Below, in pieces: positions 13,013 through 27,407 of a stretch of DNA of 64,000 nt. Source of the stretch: Squalus acanthias (taxonomy: Eukaryota); assembly GCA_030390025.1 (NCBI GenBank), contig CM059432.1, forward strand, positions 19,098,001 to 19,162,000. The letters are read 5' to 3'. Numbering within the stretch: position 1 is the first letter of the stretch; each line of letters begins with the position of its first letter. The notes under the pieces are model-generated. The model made no database searches. It saw only the letters and a list, made by a program, of their open reading frames with translations, and had not been told where the DNA came from. The translations under genes were made by a program, and so were the position numbers.

Positions 13013-16000
13013 CTTAAACCATTGTGAAAGCAAAGTCCGCAAACTTTTTGAAAGGGAACTACTTTGGTGCTTAAAAAAAAAGGAATATTAAAGTGTATCG
13101 GGAGCGAGCAGTAGAGTAGAATTAGGCCAGAAAGCTCATGTGGAGAAAACTGCCAGCACAGATTTGATGCACCAAAGGGCCTGTTTATACACTGTAACAT
13201 TCTATTAATCTATCAGCTCAATTTAGCAATCCCGTGCTCCCAGCGGGGAGCCGTGCTTGGATGAATTGCAGATGCTGAAGCTCTATCTCAGAACTGCAAT
13301 CGCTTCAAGTGTGGCTCCCCACTAAGAGCACAGGACTACTGAACGTACCCACAGGTTCCCTCTTTACATAAGAATTTACAGCATGGAATTTATATTCAGG
13401 AATACACGTGTGTTTCTGAGTCCAAAGAAATTACACTGACATTTTGAAATAGTCAATCATGATCTCATTGAATGGCGGAACAGGTTCGAGGGGCTGAATG
13501 GCCTCCTCCTGTTCCGATGTTCCCCGAGTCCTGAGTGCCCTCATTTACATATATTATAATGAGGGCCAGTGTTGCTACAGTTCTGGGTTTGCAGCTTTTA
13601 CACTCACAGTGCATTCGGTGTGACTCAGACGGAGAATTATAAGGCGTAGCTGTTGCCAGAATCAGCCGAGACAGGCGGGGATAAAGTATGTCTGAGCCTG
13701 AAGAATCTGGAGAGTTTGACCAGCCGTTTCTATAGCTGGGAAAAGCTTTTCACAGTGACTTTTTTTTGCTGTGCTGCTTACATAGACCATCACCTTGGAC
13801 TCCCTCCCTCTCTGCGATCACACCGCCCCCCTCCCCGCTCCCAGCCTACCTTCCTGCCACCCAGGTCGATCTCCGGGGTGGGCAATATTAACAAATTTAT
13901 ACCCTCTCCTTACTGACCTACTGATCAGTAGTAGTAGTTTTTCCCCTGCATACCTAATGAAAACCATTGTAATTTTGAACACCTCATTGTTCTTGCATCA
14001 TGAATGTAGGGAGATGTTAATTTGGCAACGAGATAGCTGCATTGCTCAACTTGCATTGTACACAATAAAAAGTCTCTTTGCATCTTTCCCAGGTAAAGTA
14101 CTGGTGATCAGAAGAAACAAAAGATGAATGTAGCTCACCAAGCCATGATGTCCAAAGGAATATTTCTGTTCTTGTGTGGGGGAAGTTAAATTTGTAGCAC
14201 GGCACCAGTCTTCAGCCAGATAGTACAATAGAATGACAGCTGATGACCCTGAGTAAAAACTAGCGAAAGACAGAATAGAATGGCTAAGCAGAGGAAGATA
14301 CAGGGCTGTTGGGAAAAAGCAGGGCTGTGGGATTAGTTTTGGATTGTTCCAGCAAAGAGTTAGTACAGACACATAGGGCTCAATGGCCTCCTTCCATGTT
14401 ATAAACCTCTAAGGCTGTAAAGAACCAGGAGATTGCAACACTTGATCTGCATTCAGTGCAGGCCTCGTCAATGAAATGTCCATATTCTGGCTACAGGGTA
14501 ATTCTACTCATGCACAGAAGCTGACAACAAAAATATAATACAATAGCAGCAACACCAATTTCCAATTACAACAGTGGGCCGTATAAAAACTGATACTGGG
14601 GAGCTAATAACAGGAAAGATTGCAGCAACGTTCTCACGAGCAGTCAAAATAAAAAGGTACTAAAATGATTTGTTTATTGATTGAAAGGTGTCATTTAGTT
14701 TTTATTTAATAACTTTAATTTATTAACTTTAGATTTGGGGATTGTAGGTATTATATGGAAGACTCACTGCGGCTGAGAAATCTGCCTGGCGACTTCAGCC
14801 AATGGCCACCCTCCCCTCCTCCCTGCCCACCTCCCGCCTTCCCCACCTCCTCTCCTTTCCTGGTGTGAAACCAATTTCTTGACCTACACTTCAAAAGTAA
14901 TTCATTGGCTGTGAAGCACTTTGGTATGTCCTGAGGTTGTAAACTGCAAGTTTTTTTCTTTCCTTCTCTTAGGTGTAGCTAAAATCCAGCATATGTAAAA
15001 CTCGGGAGAGTGGAGCCAGGGAAGACTGAGCATGTGCAGATCCAACTGATGCTCTGTGACATGGTGGAGTTTGAGAAGCAGTGTGTGGGGAAATGGAAGA
15101 TATAAAGGGGAGCAAGAGAAAAGTAGCGAGAAGTGAAGAACTCAGCACTCAGATAGAGCAGCCCAAGCTGGGGTAAGGACAGTCACCTTGGATCAGAGGC
15201 CAGCAAGCAGCATTCTGTGTTGAATACTAGAGAATCTGCTTGACATTGAGTAGCTGTGTTACACAGTGTCCTTATTTTCAAAGATCAGCCTGAGAGGAAC
15301 TTGGAGAGAATGAGAGTACTGACAATAGCCTGGAGAAAGTGAATGCTGGAGGACATGAGGAACGGCATGAGGAACATCTTGCACCCGAAATGCAAGGGAT
15401 ACACTCATAGTGCAGTGCTTCAGTTAGACACCTCTTTCTCCTACCCCTCTTCTGTGACCAGACCCCCTTGCACTAACAGTCCAGGAACCTTCACTCCATT
15501 GTTTTTGAATCCTCCATTTTATCACCTTAAAATCATTGAACTAACTTATGTCAAGGAAATAATGACAAGGCAGACACAGGACTTGCCTTGAAAGCACAGT
15601 GCACACAAAAGTGACAAAAGTGAAAAAGGTTTTAATGTGTACAAGAAAACAAATAGTTGCATATTATGTAATGAAACACCCCAAGTGTCATCCCTCAGTA
15701 CTCTTTTGAACCGACAGCTTCCTAAATCTACCATGGGCAGAGCTGGTGGTAGGTATTGTGTATCTTCCTGGGACTGTTGAGATGCTTGCGGCCGATGGCC
15801 TCTGAGTGCTGGAGTCCGTGAGGGCCCTGCTACAGACTGCTGCTCCTGGCCTTCTGCCGGGGCAATCTGAGGCAGCTGGAATTCAGGCACCATGTCGGGT
15901 ATTGGTTGAGAGGGTGACAAGGGAGGGGGCATGCTGCCATCCTGAGAGAGGTCTCCACGTACTGCACTCGTTTTGCTTTCCTCCCTACCTTGCGGCAGTG

Positions 16001-16289
16001 GCACATCAGTCCTGCTGGCCTGCGGGAGGGAGAATAGACAGGAGGAGATGAGTGAAGCCTCGGAAGCCCCGATCTACTCTGTCCTCCAGCTTCTCGAAGG
16101 TGGAACAGACGTTAGAGCCCAGAGTCTGTATTGCAGCCGTCTGAGCCTCTATCAAGGCTGCAAAGGCTGGTAACTCTGACTCCAGCTGTGAGGGCCCGGC
16201 TGCAGTGTCCCTGGAGGTGGCCACACACTCCAGGGTAGATTGCAGAGTGGAGAACCTGAATTCACACTGTAGCCACTTACCACAAACGC

Positions 16290-19135
16290 ATGACATCTCC
16301 ACTTCTATAACATCTGCCTGAATTTTCTCAACCAAGGATTCCACACCACCATGGTTGACAGGGCCCTCGACCATGTCTGTTCCGTTTCCCACACTTCTGC
16401 CCTCACCTCTTCCCCTCCTCTTCCAGAACCATGATAGGGTTCCCCTTGTCCTCACCTTTCACTCCATCAGCCTCCACATTCAACGGATCATACTCCGCCA
16501 TTTCCACCACCTCCAGCGTGATCCCACCACCAAACACATATTCCTCTCCCGCCAACTTTCAGCATTCCGAAGGGACCGCTCTCTCCTCGACACCCTGGTC
16601 CACTCCTCAATCACCCCAAACACCCCCTCCCCTTCCCACAGGACCTTCCCGTGCAAGCGCAGGAGATGCAACACCTGCGCTTTTACCTCCTCCCTTCCCA
16701 CTGTCCAGGGCCCCAAACACTCCTTCCAGGTGAAACAGCAATTTACTTGTACTTCTTGCAATTTAGTATACTGTATTCGCTGCTCACTATGCGGTCTCCT
16801 CTACACTCGGGAGACCAAACGCAGATTGGGTGACCGCTTTGCGGAACACCTCCGTTCAGTCCGTAAGCGTGCTTGTGAGCTTCTGGTCGCCTGTCACTTT
16901 AATTCTTTGCTCCACTCCCACTCTGATCTCTCTGTCCTCAGCCTCTTACACTGTTTCAATGAAGCTTGAGGAACAGCACCTCATCTTCTGATTAGACACT
17001 TTACAGCCTTCTGGACTCAACATCGAGTTCAACAATTTCAGACCATAACCTCTGTCCCTATTTTTTCACACGGCAGCTGTTGATGATTTACAGCTCTTCT
17101 GGACCCATCTTTTGTTTCTTAACTTGTCCCATTAACATCTCCTTTTGCTTGGTACTATCATACCTTTTGTCATTTAATCTCTCCTGCCTTCCACCCTATC
17201 ACAGACCTTCCCTTTTCTTCCTTCCTTCCCTCCCCCTTTCCCTGCCCCTGCACTTGCTAAAAATCTGCTACATCTATAACTTTTTCCAGTTCTGACAAAA
17301 CGACATTGACCTGAAACGTTGGGCTGGATTTTACGAACCTCGGCGGTTATGTGGTGGGCGACTTCGGTGGCGGGTCCCGACCCTGCTGCTGTCTCCAACC
17401 CGGCCTCTGAAATGAAGTTACCGTGATTGGGCTTGTTAAACCCGCCCAGCGCGTTTGCAGGCCAATTAGAGGAAGCGGGTCTGGTGACGTCATTTGATGA
17501 CGTGTCATCAGCCGATGTCCTTAAAGGGACCATGGCCAACTTTCTTTTGACAGTTGTGCTGTCAGTGTTCTACAGCATTGAGATGCTGAAAACACTGACA
17601 AGCACTGCACAGAGGTGCAGGGCTGCACCCAGGCTCTCCCATGACTCCCTCCATATGCTTATGGAGGGAGTCACAGCACGCAGGGAGGTTCTCTTCCCTT
17701 CCAATGGGCGGAAGAGACCTCCCTAGGAGATCAACACAGCCTGGTTGCACATTGCAGAGGAGGGCACAAGCAGGGATGTGGTCAGGAGGACCTGGGTGCA
17801 GTGCTGCAAATGTTTCAATGATCTCAGTAGATTACGCAACATTAGTACAAAGCCACACTCAACCTCATCCTGCTGTGCCTCTCATCACATCCCCATCACT
17901 CTGCCTTCCCTACCCTACTCCTGCACATCCTTACTCACACCAGCTTACCTTGCACCTCCACCCATCCCTCTCTATCTACATTATCACATCCCCATCTCAC
18001 TAGCCACCCCTCACACGCACCCTCATCCTCATCCAATCATACCAACTAACAACACACAAGGGTAGGCACTTGGGTGTTTTAGCCAATGTTCATGTAAAGT
18101 TTCTGTTATTGTGGTGGCAAACATTGAAACCTTTATTTTCAACACTTTGCATTCTTGGACAGATTTGTGTGCACCTTTGGAGATGGCTTCGTGAGTTTCA
18201 GTGAATGGTGAGACATAACGGTACCCCCCGCAATGGTGATGAGTGTGAAAGAAATGGCTTGGGCATTGTAGGGATGCTTTATGGTACTGGTGTGGGGTGT
18301 GGCAGACAAATGAAGTAAATCTGGCTATGGTGAGGCCATCCCTGGCCTTCCAGGCAGCAATGTGCTTGGGTGCTGATGTCCTGTGTCCTGTGCAGCATCA
18401 GGTGATTGCGGAGAAGGTTGGTGTTGTTGTTGGTGCTGTTGGCGTGCCTGGTGATGCTGGTGTTGGGGCTGATCGTGGTGGGATTCTGAGGACCAAGGTG
18501 AGAGAGTTTCAATGGCACCCATCCTGATGGAATAGATGGCAGGTGAAGTAGAGATGACAGAAGTGATCTGTCAATGGTGGGAGAGGTAATAAGGTCAGAC
18601 TGGATGGAGACTTGTGCAAAGACTTGCAGCATTCTGAATCTGTAGTGGAAATGCAGTTTAGAGAAGCTAGTGGTTACGGGAACATTTCTCAATCAGCTGA
18701 GATCTTTGACTTGACATATGAGGCTGTCAACTCATCAGCTGAAACAATGGCCACTGACCTCCCGCCTCAGTTTCACAGACGAAGTCTGGGCACAGTGGGA
18801 AACCGGTGGGCGACCTGTCAAATCCAAACAGCTGGGAAAAAATCATTGATAAGTGACTGTAAACAAGTCACTAATGATTTTAATTGTCTCCCCCACCGCT
18901 GTGCGTCGGATCTGCTCAGCGCTGATACACCCGACATTTGGTAAAGGTGCATGGTGGCGGGTTCACAGTGGGATCCTGACCCGCTCGGGAAAAGAAACAC
19001 TTTCTCACCTGACCTGCCACCGATCGCGCCTGCTGACCCCCCCACAAAATCCAGCCCGTTAACTCTGTTTCTCTTTCCACAGAGCTGCCTGACCTGGTGG
19101 GTATTTCCAGCATTTTCTGTTTTTATATCTGACTA
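16290..19135 (+). mobile_element. Penelope-like element 3' portion (GIY-YIG), split by a Harbinger derivative
   Basis: ORF 16355: NLVYCIRCSLCGLLYTRETKRRLGDRFAEH. The 3' tail resumes at 19061 (aactctgtttctct). Confidence 0.85.
17321..19057. mobile_element. Internally deleted Harbinger element
   Basis: Perfect TIR gggctggatttt/aaaatccagccc and 3-bp TSD gtt. Myb/SANT remnant on + (17610-17830). Confidence 0.85.
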
Positions 19136-20524
19136 ACACGCTCACTCGCTGTGCCAGTCTCTGCGCTGGTGGCAGCAACATGTGACGTGTGATGGTGTGT
19201 CCTCAGGAGGGATAAGTTCCTCCGAGGAGTTTTCTTCCTCTGTAGGCAGAGTCTCGTGTTCTTCCTGTAAGAGCCCTGGAGGAAAGAAGAAAGGGAGAAA
19301 ATTTAGTAATGGCAGTAAGAAAAAGTAAATTGGCACTTGATTCACTTGACCATACTGGTTGCGGTGCTGAGGTTGGCTGAAGACGCAGTTTGTTGTGAGA
19401 AATGAAGGAGTCCAGGGTTAAATCACTCACCCTACTCTACAGAGCTACCAACCTCGCCAAGGGTGAGTGTGCTACAGGCGCCGCTCATCTCCAGTGCCTC
19501 CTCCATCGGGACCAATTCCACATACTCCCGTGTTCCTCCACCACTTCTGACCCGCTCCCTGGTATTCTGCACTCGCTTCTCCTGCAAAATGGGCAGGACA
19601 GCATTATGAGTGGCTAGCAAGGATGTGTGCTTCTTCTGCATGCAGTCCATAAGGTGAAAGGGAAATTCAGGCAGATGTTATAGGAGTGGAGATGTCATGC
19701 GTTTGCGGTAAGTGGCGACAGGGTGAATTGAGCTAGCTTGCTGAGAGGAAGTGCAAGTCGAGCAACTTAGAGGAGATGAGATGAAGATGGCGTAGTGGCA
19801 GCAGTGAAAGGAGGAAGCAAGAGGTGAGCATGTGTTAGGAATGAGGATGGGAGGTGGTACAGTGTGCCTGTGTGATTAGTGGTGAGGGAAGTGGAGCAAG
19901 GGGTGAGGATTGGTATGAATGGTGTAGGAGGGACCAGTGAGAGTGAAAGCAGGTGCATTGCAAAAGATGAGTAAAGAAGAACGTGTACTGAAATGTCCTG
20001 ATCAAGTGAGGTCACTGAATCCAGGTCCTTGGCATCACAATCCTGCTGCTGATGTCCTCAGCCACCTCAATCCAGGCCTTTGTAGTTGCGGCAACAGGTT
20101 TTTTCTTCCCACTTGTGGGGAACAGCACTTCCCTCCTATTTCTCACTGCAGCTATCATAATATCCAGGGAGGCTTCAGAGAACCCGGAGGCCACCTTTCC
20201 TCTCTTTTCAGCCATCTTCACAATTCGCTCCAATGCTTTACAATCACTGTAATGTAAGTCCTCACTGAATGCTGCCTCCCGTGAAGAGGTGGACTGAGGC
20301 TTTAAATAGTGGCCGGGACTCAGCCTGGAAATTGCGTCATGTGGGTGGGCGGGACACTGCAGACATGCTAATGGGCCGGTAGCATTGTGGAATTGAGGCC
20401 AGGCCGTTAAAATTGGCCAGGCCTACACGTCTCGCGAAGTTGCGGGCTTGTAGCCTGCTTGCGCCGTTGCACGCTCCGTTCCCATCCCCCAATTAAAATC
20501 AGGCTCCATGCCTCTCAAATATTA

Positions 20525-21065
20525 CAAGTTGATAAAGCTGCTAAAAACAAGTTTGCAGGATCCTGGGCTTTATAAATAGAGGCACAGACTACAAAAGCAA
20601 GGACGTTACGGTAAACTTTTATAAATCACTGGTTAGGCTTCAGCTAGAGTATTGTGTCCAATTTCTGGGCAGCACACTTTAGGAAGGATGTCAAGACATT
20701 GGAGAGGGTACAGAGGATAATTACCAAAATGGCACCAGGGATCAGGGACTTCAGTACATGGAGAGACTAGAGAAGCTGAGATTAGAGCAGAGAAGGTTAA
20801 GGGGAGATATTCAATAGAGATATTCAAAACTTCTTTACGCAGCGAGTGGTGAGGACCTGGAACTCGCAGCTGACGGAAGTGGTGGACGCGGAGACACTCA
20901 ATGTTTCCAAGGGGAGACTGGATAGGCACTTGAGGGAAATAAACTTGCAGGGCTACGGGGATAGAGCGGGGGAATGGGACTGACTGGATTGCTCCACAGA
21001 GAGCCGGCACGGACTAGATGGGCCGAATGGCTTCGTTCTCTGCCATTATGACGCTATGACTCTAT
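20525..21065 (+). mobile_element. CR1 3' end with (TATGACTC)n tail
   Basis: LVRLQLEYCVQF-like coding remnant followed by 3' UTR. Confidence 0.75.
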
Positions 21066-21957
21066 GGGGGAGAAATTCAGTATCGCCCCATTTGGGGCGC
21101 AATTATCGGCCGGGCGCAAAGATTAGCGCCTGGCACTAATTATCGCCACCGACTGCAAACTTGACTTTTATCGCCCCTGGAGGTGATTGGAGCGTTAAAT
21201 CAGGCGCTTCACACCTGTCTTAAGGCGCAAAGGCCGAGGATCGAGGCACTACCTCAGAGCGCTGGCGAAGCTCATGTGATGTCAGTCAGCAATGGAACAC
21301 ACACACAATGGCACCGGCCAGTTCTTAAAGGGGATGGTTGATCTTGCTTTCCATCCACATCCTGCTCATTGCAGCCTTGAATCCCGGCCTGGAGAGACCT
21401 GCACATCAAATCTGCTGGAAAGAACAATGGAGAGTACCAGGGTAAGAGCTTAGAGTGCAGCCCCCACAGTCTCTTCTAAATCGATACAAGGAATGGCAAA
21501 TCAAAATGAACCTGCAAAGTGCTGCTCAGTACCCAAAACTCCTTCACACAGCGTTGAATCTCTCCAGAAGTCTCTCTCTCTCTCTCTCAGAATGCGTGGT
21601 TCAAAAATGGCACCAACAATAAAAGGCAGGAAGCGGTCACCTTTAAATAGCGCTCCCCCGTCCCTTCATTACTGCAAAACGCTCCCCTCAACCTGTCGTT
21701 GCTAGCGTCAGGCGGTAAGGCAGGGGGCGCCACTCAATATTTGCTCTGGGACGATACCGGGGCGTTGCGCACTCGACTGACGTCACGATCTGCCGGCGCA
21801 GGAGATCGTGGCGGTAGTGTTTAGCGCCGCCGCAAAATGTCTAGTTAATTTCACGAGCTGCGCAAACATCGCCGCGCCTGGGCGCTAGATGCTTTGCGCC
21901 CCATTAGCGCCCTCTTAAGGCGCTAACGGGAGGCGCAACCAACTGAATTTTTCCCCC
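21066..21957. mobile_element. Non-autonomous Harbinger derivative
   Basis: TIRs gggggagaaattcag / ctgaatttttccccc, TSD tat/tat, homologous to the ends of 31553-35066. Confidence 0.85.
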
Positions 21958-21974
21958 TATGACTCTATAAATTG

Positions 21975-22290
21975 TTTTGGTAGAAAGAAACTTTTTCCAT
22001 TGGCAGGAGGGTCGGTAACCAGAGGACACAGATTTAAGATAATTGGTAAATAAATGAGCAGACATTTTTTCATGCAGCAAGTTGTTACGTTCTGGAATGC
22101 ACTGCCCGAAAGGCTGGTGGAAGCAGATTCAATAGTACTTTCAAAAGGGAATTGGATAAATACTTGAAAAGGAGACATTTACAGGGCTCTGGGGAAAGAG
22201 CAGGGGGAGTGAGTCTAATTGGATAGCTCTTTTAAAGAGCCAGCACAGATACGATGGGCCAAATGGCCTCCTGTGCTGTGTGATTCTGTG
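21975..22290 (+). mobile_element. CR1 3' fragment
   Basis: WNALPERLVEA-like remnant and 3' UTR. Confidence 0.7.
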
Positions 22291-25200
22291 AAGTTCTGTA
22301 TTCTTGCAAAAAGTTTCCCAAGCTTTTTTCTTTGGATATCTTTACACTTAAACCATCGTGACCCTTATCAGTACAAAATGTGTCATTTTACATTGAGAAG
22401 TCAGTGTGAGATACAAGTGCTTCCACATAAGGGCAAGTAAGCAGAACCATTTCATTATTGGTGCAGAGGTCACATCTTTCCTGCTGTATAATTCATTGAG
22501 ATGGTGCTGATGACATGCAGTTACTTTACTCTGAAAACAAAATGACCCCAAGGAAAACACTTTGGACTTTCACATCAGTCCTACACCTACTCACTTTGCT
22601 GGAAGCCTTTTTCATGCATCACTGGGCCGTAATCCACTTACATGCCTGTCAAGACATAATTTTCTGCTTTTTCATACAATTAATCTTGGAAGGCTGATGG
22701 AAAAAAAAAACATATTATAAGAGTCATCTAACTTTACATTTTAATCAGGGTGCCCAAGAGAATTTGAAATGCTGTCCAGCTTTTTTCAGAGGTTAGCATA
22801 TTCTGTCACTGACAACAGCACAGACAAGTCTAAGCATGATTATCCTGGAAGAGTGATGGATGAAAGAAAGGCATATTGTAAAAGTCAATATAAATTTCAA
22901 GAAGAACTCTCCTATTGCTCAGCGAGTGTTTCATCTAGTGTGATACTGACCCACACAAACCAGAAGGTCCCAGGTGTGATTTCGTAATCTATTCTAAAAG
23001 GAAAATGTTTGCTGGATCTAATTGCTATTTCGATGTTGCTAAAAGTTCCTCTGTTCTTGGAATACCAAAACCAAATTGACACACATCTCTGATGGATGGA
23101 AAGTGAACCAGTAGTTAGGATATAAGAATTTTTATTGAATAATTTTAGTCTATTTACCAAAATCATGGACAGCTCCCCATATAAAAACATAGAAAACATA
23201 GAAGATAGGAGCAGGAGTAGGCCATTCGGCCCCTCGAGCCTGCTCCGCCATTTAATGAGATCATGGCTGATCATCCAAACTCAGTACCCTGTCCCTGCTT
23301 TCTCCTCATATCCCTTGATATCTTTAGCCTTAAGAAATATATCTAACTCCTTCTTGAATATATTTACTGACTTGGCCTCAACTACCTTCTGTGGTAGAGA
23401 ATTCCACAGGTTCACCACTCTCTGGGTGAAGAAATTCCTCCTCATCTATGTCCTAAATGGCTTACCCCTTATCTTGTCCTGGACTCCCCCGCCATCGGGA
23501 ACATCCTTCCTGCATCCAGTCTGTCTAGCCCTGTTAGAATTTTATAAGTTTCAATGAGATCTCCTCTCATTCTTCTAAACTGCAGTGAGTATAAGCCCAA
23601 TCGACCCAATCTCTCCTCGTACGTCATTCCTGCCATCCCAGGTATCAGTCTGGTGAATCTTCGCTGCACACCCTCCATGGCAAGAACATCCTTCCTCAGA
23701 TAAGGCGACCAAAACTGCACACAATACTCAAGGTGTGGTCTCACCAAGGCCCTGTACAGCTGCAGCAAGACATCCTTGTTCCTGTACTCAAACCCTCTCG
23801 CTACGAAGGCCAACATACCATTTGCCTTCATAACCGCCTGCTGTACCTGCATGCTTACCTTCAGCGACTGGTGCACAAGGACACCCAGGTCTCGTTGGAC
23901 TTCCCCTTCTCCCAATCTATTGCCGTTCAGATAATAGTCTGCCTTTCTGTTTTTGCCACCAAAGTGGATAACCTCGCATTTATTCACATTATACTGCATC
24001 TGCCATGCTTCTGCCCAATCACCCAACCTGTCCAAATCATACTGGAGTTTCTCGGCATCCTCCTCGCAGCACACACGCCCACCCAGCTTTGTGTCATCTG
24101 CAAACTTGGAGATATTACATCTCGTTCCCTCGTCTAGATCATTTATATATATAGTGAATAGCTGGGGTCCTAGGACCGATCCCTGCGGAACCCCACTAGT
24201 CACTGCCTGCCACTCGGAAAAAGACTCATTTATTCCAACTCTTTGCTTCCTGTCTGCCAACCAGTTCTCTATCCAAGGCAGTACCTTGCCCCTAATCCCA
24301 TGTGCCTTAACTTTACACGCTAATCTCTTATACCGGACCTTATCAAAAGCCTTCTGAAAGTCCAAATACACCACATCCACTGGTTCTCCCTTATCTATTC
24401 TATCAGTTACATCATCAAAAAATTCCAGTAGATTAGTCAAGCACGATTTACATTTTGTAAATCCATGTTGACTTTGTCCAATCCTGTCACTGTTTTCCAA
24501 GTGCTCTGCTATTACATCTTTTATAATGGACACTAGCATTTTCCCCACAACCGATGTCAGGCTTACCGGTCTGTAATTCCCCGTTTTTTCTCTACCACCT
24601 TTTTTTAAACAGTGGGGTAACATTAGCTACCCTCCAATCCATGGGAACTGTTCCAGAGTGTATAGAAATTTGGAAGATGACCAGCAATGCATCTACTATT
24701 TCTAGGGCCACTTCCTTAAGTACCCTATGATGTAGATTATCAGGCCCTGGGGATTTATCGGCCTTTAATGCCGTCAATTTCCCTAACACCATTTCCCTAC
24801 AAATATTGATTTCATTCAGTTCCTCCCTCTCATTGGACCCTATGTTCCCCGACATCTCGGGAGGTTATTTGTGTTCTCCTTTGTGAAGACAGAGCCAAAG
24901 TATGTATTTGATTGGTCTGCCATTTCTTTGTTCCCCATTATAAATTCCCCTGATTCTGACTGCAAGGGACCTACGTTTGACTTCAACAATCTTTTTCTCT
25001 TCACATATTTATAAAAGCTTTTACAGTCAGTTTTTATGTTCCCTGCAAGATTACGCTCGTACTCTATTTTCTGCCTCTTAATTAATCCCTTTGTCCTCCT
25101 TTGCTGAATCCTAAACTGCTCCCAATCCTCAGGTTTACTGCTTTTTCTGGCCAATTTATATGTCCTCTCCTTGGATCTTATGCTATCCCTGATTTCCCTT

Positions 25201-25488
25201 GTCAGCCATGGTTGAGTCACCTTTTTTGTTTTATTTTTATGCCAGACAGGGATGAACAAATTCTGTAGTTCATCCATGCGATCTTTGAATGTTTGCCATT
25301 GCCTATCCACCGTCAACCCTTTGAGTAACATTCCCCAATCTATCCTACCCAACTCGCGCCTCATACCATCGTAGTTTCCTTTATTTAATCAATGATCTGG
25401 AACAGCAGACAGAGGGAACCGCAGTGCAGCAACCAAGAAGAAAGAGTCAAATTGGACCCCTCCGGAGGGTCGCTGCCCTCAGCTTGAC

Positions 25489-27407
25489 ATGTATGCTCAA
25501 GGTGTCAGGAAATGCATCAACGCCAGATTCATCAGCCGCACTCACAAGACAGTGCAGAATGTCACCCGAGCACAACGCAACGCCATCCACGCTCTCAAGA
25601 CCAACCGCAACATCGTCATCAAACCAGCGGACAAAGGAGGAGCCATCGTCATACAGAACAGAATGGACTATTGCAAAGAAGCATACCGACAACTGAACAA
25701 CCTGGAACACTACAGACAGTTACCCGCAGATCCGACCAAAGAACACACCCGCCAACTCAATAGACTGATCAAGACCTTTGATCCAGACCTTCAAAGCATC
25801 CTATGTGCTCTCATCCCACGTACTCCCTGCGTAGGAGACTTCTACTGCCTCCCAAAGATACACAAAGCCAACACACCCGGACGTCCTATCGTATCAGGCA
25901 ACGGAACCCTGTGTGAGAACCTCTCTGGGTACGTCGAGGGCATCCTGAAACCCATCGTACAGGGAACCCCCAGCTTCTGTCGCGACACTACAGACTTCTT
26001 ACAGAAACTCAGCACCCATGGACCAGTTGAACCAGGAACACTCCTCTCCACGATGGACGTATCGGCACTCTACACCAGTATCCCCCACGATGATGGCATT
26101 GCTGCGACAGCCTCAGTACTCAACACCAACAACAGCCAATCTCCAGACGCCATCCTACAACTCATCCGCTTCATCCTTGACCACAATGTCTTCACCTTCG
26201 ACAACCAGTTTTTTACTCAAACACACAGAACAGCCATGGGGACCAAATTCGCACCCCAATATGCCAACATCTTCATGCACAAGTTCGAGCAAGACTTCTT
26301 CACTGCACAGGACCTCCAACCAACGCTGTACACCAGATACATCGACGACATCTTCTTCCTTTGGACCCGCGGCGAAGGATCACTGAAAGGACTACACGAT
26401 AACATCAACAGGTTCCATCCCACCATCAAACTCACCATGGACTACTCCTCAGAATCGGTTTCATTCTTGGACACACGAATCTCCATCAAAGACGGACACC
26501 TCAGCACTTCACTCTACCTCAAGCCCACGGACAACCTCACGATGCTCCACTTCTCCAGCTTCCACCCTAACCACATTAAAGAAGCCATCCCCTATGGACA
26601 AGCCCTGCGAATACACAGGATCTGCTCAGACGAGGAGGAACGCGATGGACACCTACGGACGCTGAAAGATGCCCTCGTAAGAACGGGATATGACGCTCGA
26701 CTCGTCGATCGACAGTTCCGATGGGCCACAGCGAAAAATCGCATAGACCTCCTCAGAAGACAAACACGGGACACAACCAACAGAGTACCCTACGTCGTCC
26801 AGTACTTCCCCGGAGCGGAGAAACTACACCATGTGCTTCGCAGCCTTCAACATGTCATCGATGACGACGAACACCTTGCTAAGGCCATCCCCACGCCTCC
26901 ACTACTCGCCTTCAAGCAGCCGCCTAACCTCAAACAGACCATCGTTCGCAGCAAATTACCCAGCTTTCAGGAGAACAGCAACCACGACACCACACAACCC
27001 TGCAACGGCAACCTCTGCAAGACATGCCAGATCATCAACCAGATACCATCATCACACGTGAGGACACTACCCACCAGGTACATGGTACATACTCATGTGA
27101 CTCGGCCAACGTTGTCTACCTCATACGTTGCAGGAAAGAATGCACTGCGGCATGGTACATCGGCGAGACCATGCAGACACTGAGACAACGTATGAACGGA
27201 CACCACGCAACAATCGCCAGGCAGGATTGTTACCTCCCAGTCGGGGAAAACTTCAGCAGTCAAGGACATTCAGCCTCGGATCTGCGGGTTAGCGTTCTCC
27301 AAGGCGGCCTTCGAGACACACATGACAACGCAAAATCATCGAGCAGAAACTGATAGCCAAGTTCCGCACCCATGAGGACGGCCTCAACCGGGATCTCGGT
27401 TTCATGT
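25489..27407 (+). pseudogene. Penelope RT + GIY-YIG endonuclease (frameshifts near 27040 and 27320)
   Basis: KPADKGG, LPKIHK, GRPIVS, MDVSALYTSI, AMGT, RYIDDIF, FLD; then VVYLIRC..WYIGET..LRQRMNGH in ORF 27024. Confidence 0.9.

Larger units (their letters stand above)
15570..20506 (-). mobile_element. Decayed Harbinger element carrying a spliced Myb/SANT-like gene, interrupted by a Penelope element
   Basis: Exon-like pieces: 20012-20215 (FSEASLDIMIAAV..REVLFP..AWIEVAEDI..PRTW), 19430-19600 (RERVRSGGG), 19140-19275 (acidic) and 15700-16260. TIR-like end near 20490-20506. Confidence 0.7.

Noticed and set aside
14137..14215. Possible minus-strand host exon ending at gtgagc
   Set aside because: Weak acceptor and no recognisable peptide in any frame.
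22769..22987. 72-aa ORF after ttttttcag as a candidate host exon
   Set aside because: No recognisable homology or partner exons; cannot be supported without RNA data.
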